Positions 61,641 through 64,000 of a DNA stretch of 64,000 nt are shown in pieces (position 1 is the first letter of the stretch; the number at the start of each line of letters is the position of its first letter). Made by a program: the position numbers and the translations under genes. This DNA is from Raja brachyura (Eukaryota), in NCBI GenBank assembly GCA_963514005.1, contig OY740783.1:133424001-133488000 (forward strand). The letters run 5' to 3'. A model generated the notes under the pieces. The model worked only from the letters and a program-made list of their open reading frames with translations. It was not told where the DNA came from and made no database searches.

Positions 61641-63329
61641 TCCTTCTTTTCCTGTTGCCTGCTATTTACTCATGGTGACCAGTAAGAAGGGTCTCGGCCT
61701 GAAACATCACCCATTCCTTCTCTCCAGAGATGCTGCCTGCCCCGCTGAGTTACTCCAGCTTTTTATGTCTATCTTCATATGTAGCCTCCTGAACCCTCCT
61801 TAAGATCTCAGTCCATCACTCATTCCTGAGCATGCTCCTACCTAACCTGCCACATGGTGGCGCAAGTGGTACAGTTGATGCCGCACTGCCTGGTACCTCG
61901 TGTGCTATGACACAACAGGTTTACAGCGTTGAAACAGGCCCTTCGGCCCAAGTCATCTATGCTGACCTCGCTCGTCCCATTTGCCTTTGCCTGACCCATA
62001 TCCCTCTCAACCTTTCCAATCCACGGACCTGTACAAATGTTTTATAAACATTATAATTGCACCACTTCTTCTGAGAGATCGTTCAACACACACACACCAT
62101 CCTCTGTGTGAAATACTTGTCCATCAGCTCCCTTTTACGCGTGTAGTTTTAGTTTGAAGAAACAGCAAGAAAGGCTCTTCAGCCCGCTGAGTCAGTGCCG
62201 ACCACCCATCACCAATTTAACTAATTTAATTTAGTTTAACGATACAGTGTGGAAACATTTTCTTCGGCCCAACGATTCCCCGCCGACCAGCGATCCCTGT
62301 ACACACGCTCTATCCTACACACCAGGGAAAATTTACGGATGCCAAATCATCTACAAACTTGCAACACTTTGGGATGTGGGAGGAAACTGGAACACATGGA
62401 GGAACCCCACACGGTCATGGTGAGACCGTGCAAACTCCATACAGACAACCGCAGTCAAGATCGAAGCTGGGTCTCTGGTGTTCTAAGGCAGCAACTATAC
62501 CACTACTCCACTCTGCCACCCTAGTTCTACATTATCCCACTTTCTCATCCGCTCTTTATACACTTGGGGCAATATACAGAGGTCCAATCAACCTGCAAAC
62601 CCACACATCTTTGGAATGTGCAAACTCCACACAGACAGCACCCGATGTCAGGATCTCTGATGCTGTGAGTCAGCAGAAACTTGTTAAACTTGGCATCACA
62701 TTCGGCACAGACACAGCGGCTGAAGGACCTGATCATGTGCTGTACTGTTCTCTGTTCTATTTTCCCAGTACATTAATGACTACACCGATGATGCTTCCTG
62801 CTGTTGTGTTGAAATGTAACGGTTCGTCATTTTTGCGGGAAATGTCCACATTGTTTGCATTGGAACAAGAGAAAGAGGAACAGGAGTAAGCCATTTGGCT
62901 GCTCGAGTCATGTCTGCTTGCACTATGGCCATGGCTGGTCTTTTATCTTCACACCATCCCCTGCGCTATGCATTCATCCCCCAATATCGAGAAATTTACC
63001 AGATTTTCTATTTTGAAGTCACAAAGGACATGCTTATCAACATCCGTATTCCTGCATGTATGAGGAGTCTCGGCATGTCACCGAACACTCTAACCAACTT
63101 GTACGGGTATATGGTGGAGAGCATAAAGACTGATTGCGTCACAGCCTGTTTCAATAACTCGAACACGCAAGAATGAAGGAGGCTGCGAAGAAGTACTGGG
63201 GGGGGGAGGGGGAATCATGTCTTCCACACCCTCAAGGCCGGCTGTGGGAGGCGCCCACGGGGCACGGAGGCGGAAGGTGACCAGGAGAGGAGAGGTATGA
63301 CAGTTATAAGGTCCTAAGGAACATGAGTA

Positions 63330-64000
63330 GAACTAGGCCATTCAGCCCATCAGGTGTGCTCCGCCATTCAATCATGGCTGATCTATCTCACCCTTCTAAT
63401 CCCATTCTTCTGCCTTCTCTCCATAACCTCTGACATCCGTTATGTTGAAATTATATCATAGTCATACAGTGTAGAACAGGCACACCGACCCAACTTTCAC
63501 ATGATGACCAAGATGCCTGCTCTACACTTGTGCTACCTGCCCGTCTTTGGCCCACATTCCTCTAAACCTTTCGTATCCGTGTACCTGTCCAAATGTCTGC
63601 TAGATTAAGTTTAGTTTAGAGATACACTGAGTCCCCGCCAACCAGCGATCACCGGTTCTATGTGATCCCAGTTTCCCATCCTTGCATTAGGGGCAATTTA
63701 CAGAAGCCAATTGACCTACAAACTTGCACGTCTTTGGAATGTGGGAGGAAACCGGAGCACACAAGGAAACCCGCGATGGGCCCGGGTCTCTGGCACTGTT
63801 ACTGCAGCCACTGTGCCGGCCTTATGTTGAAATGTTGAGGTTGAGTATATCAGGAAGTGCAATAGAGAAAATTATGAACAGTGCAGAATGTGGCGCTACA
63901 CCTACAGAGAAAGTGCAGGAAAGAAAGTGTGTATTTGTGTGTGTCTGGGTGCTGCATTTGTGGCTGCATTTGTGTCTGTGCGAGTACATGTGTGTGTGAG
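63330..64000 (+). repeat. Inverted duplicate of gene C intron segment 55165-55860, running off the window end
   Basis: The reverse-complement match includes non-TE sequence (ttgagtatatcaggaagtgcaa...cagaatgtggcgctacacc) and the same order of repeats. Confidence 0.85.

Noticed and set aside
61630-61688. Leader-like MSIVSFFSCCLLFTHGD with a GT donor on the plus strand
   Set aside because: The ATG is inside the CR1 microsatellite tail, the donor is phase 2 and belongs to a pLTR repeat.

Overview
Eukaryotic, repeat-rich vertebrate DNA. The CR1 LINEs, Penelope-type pLTR repeats, tRNA-SINEs and DIRS element point to a cartilaginous fish such as a skate or ray (inference). Most ORFs in the track are spurious. 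Two immune-gene systems appear once exons are read by splice sites. (1) A decayed TAP1 (MHC class I peptide transporter) copy on the minus strand at 4.5-7.0 kb, with only the equivalents of exons 1, 6 and 7. (2) A cluster of at least three paralogous Ig-superfamily receptor genes: gene A (+, 14.4-19.8 kb), gene B (+, 28.4-33.5 kb) and gene C (-, 57.6-36.9 kb). Their layout is leader / V1 / V2 / TM / short tail. V1 and the TM resemble Siglec-15, including the TM lysine in A and C. They differ from Siglec-15 in having a second V domain, lacking the sialic-acid-binding arginine, and carrying a highly variable FG (CDR3-equivalent) loop in V2. A and B lie in a ~9.4 kb tandem duplication. In B, the TM splice acceptor has expanded into a 28-unit minisatellite whose length restores the frame broken in V2, and the TM lysine is lost. 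Also present: a structurally complete but decayed DIRS1 element nested in a CR1, Penelope fragments with hammerhead-like motifs, a hAT-like MITE, a Helitron-like end, an isolated LTR and four assembly gaps. Family assignments come from manual motif recognition, not database searches.
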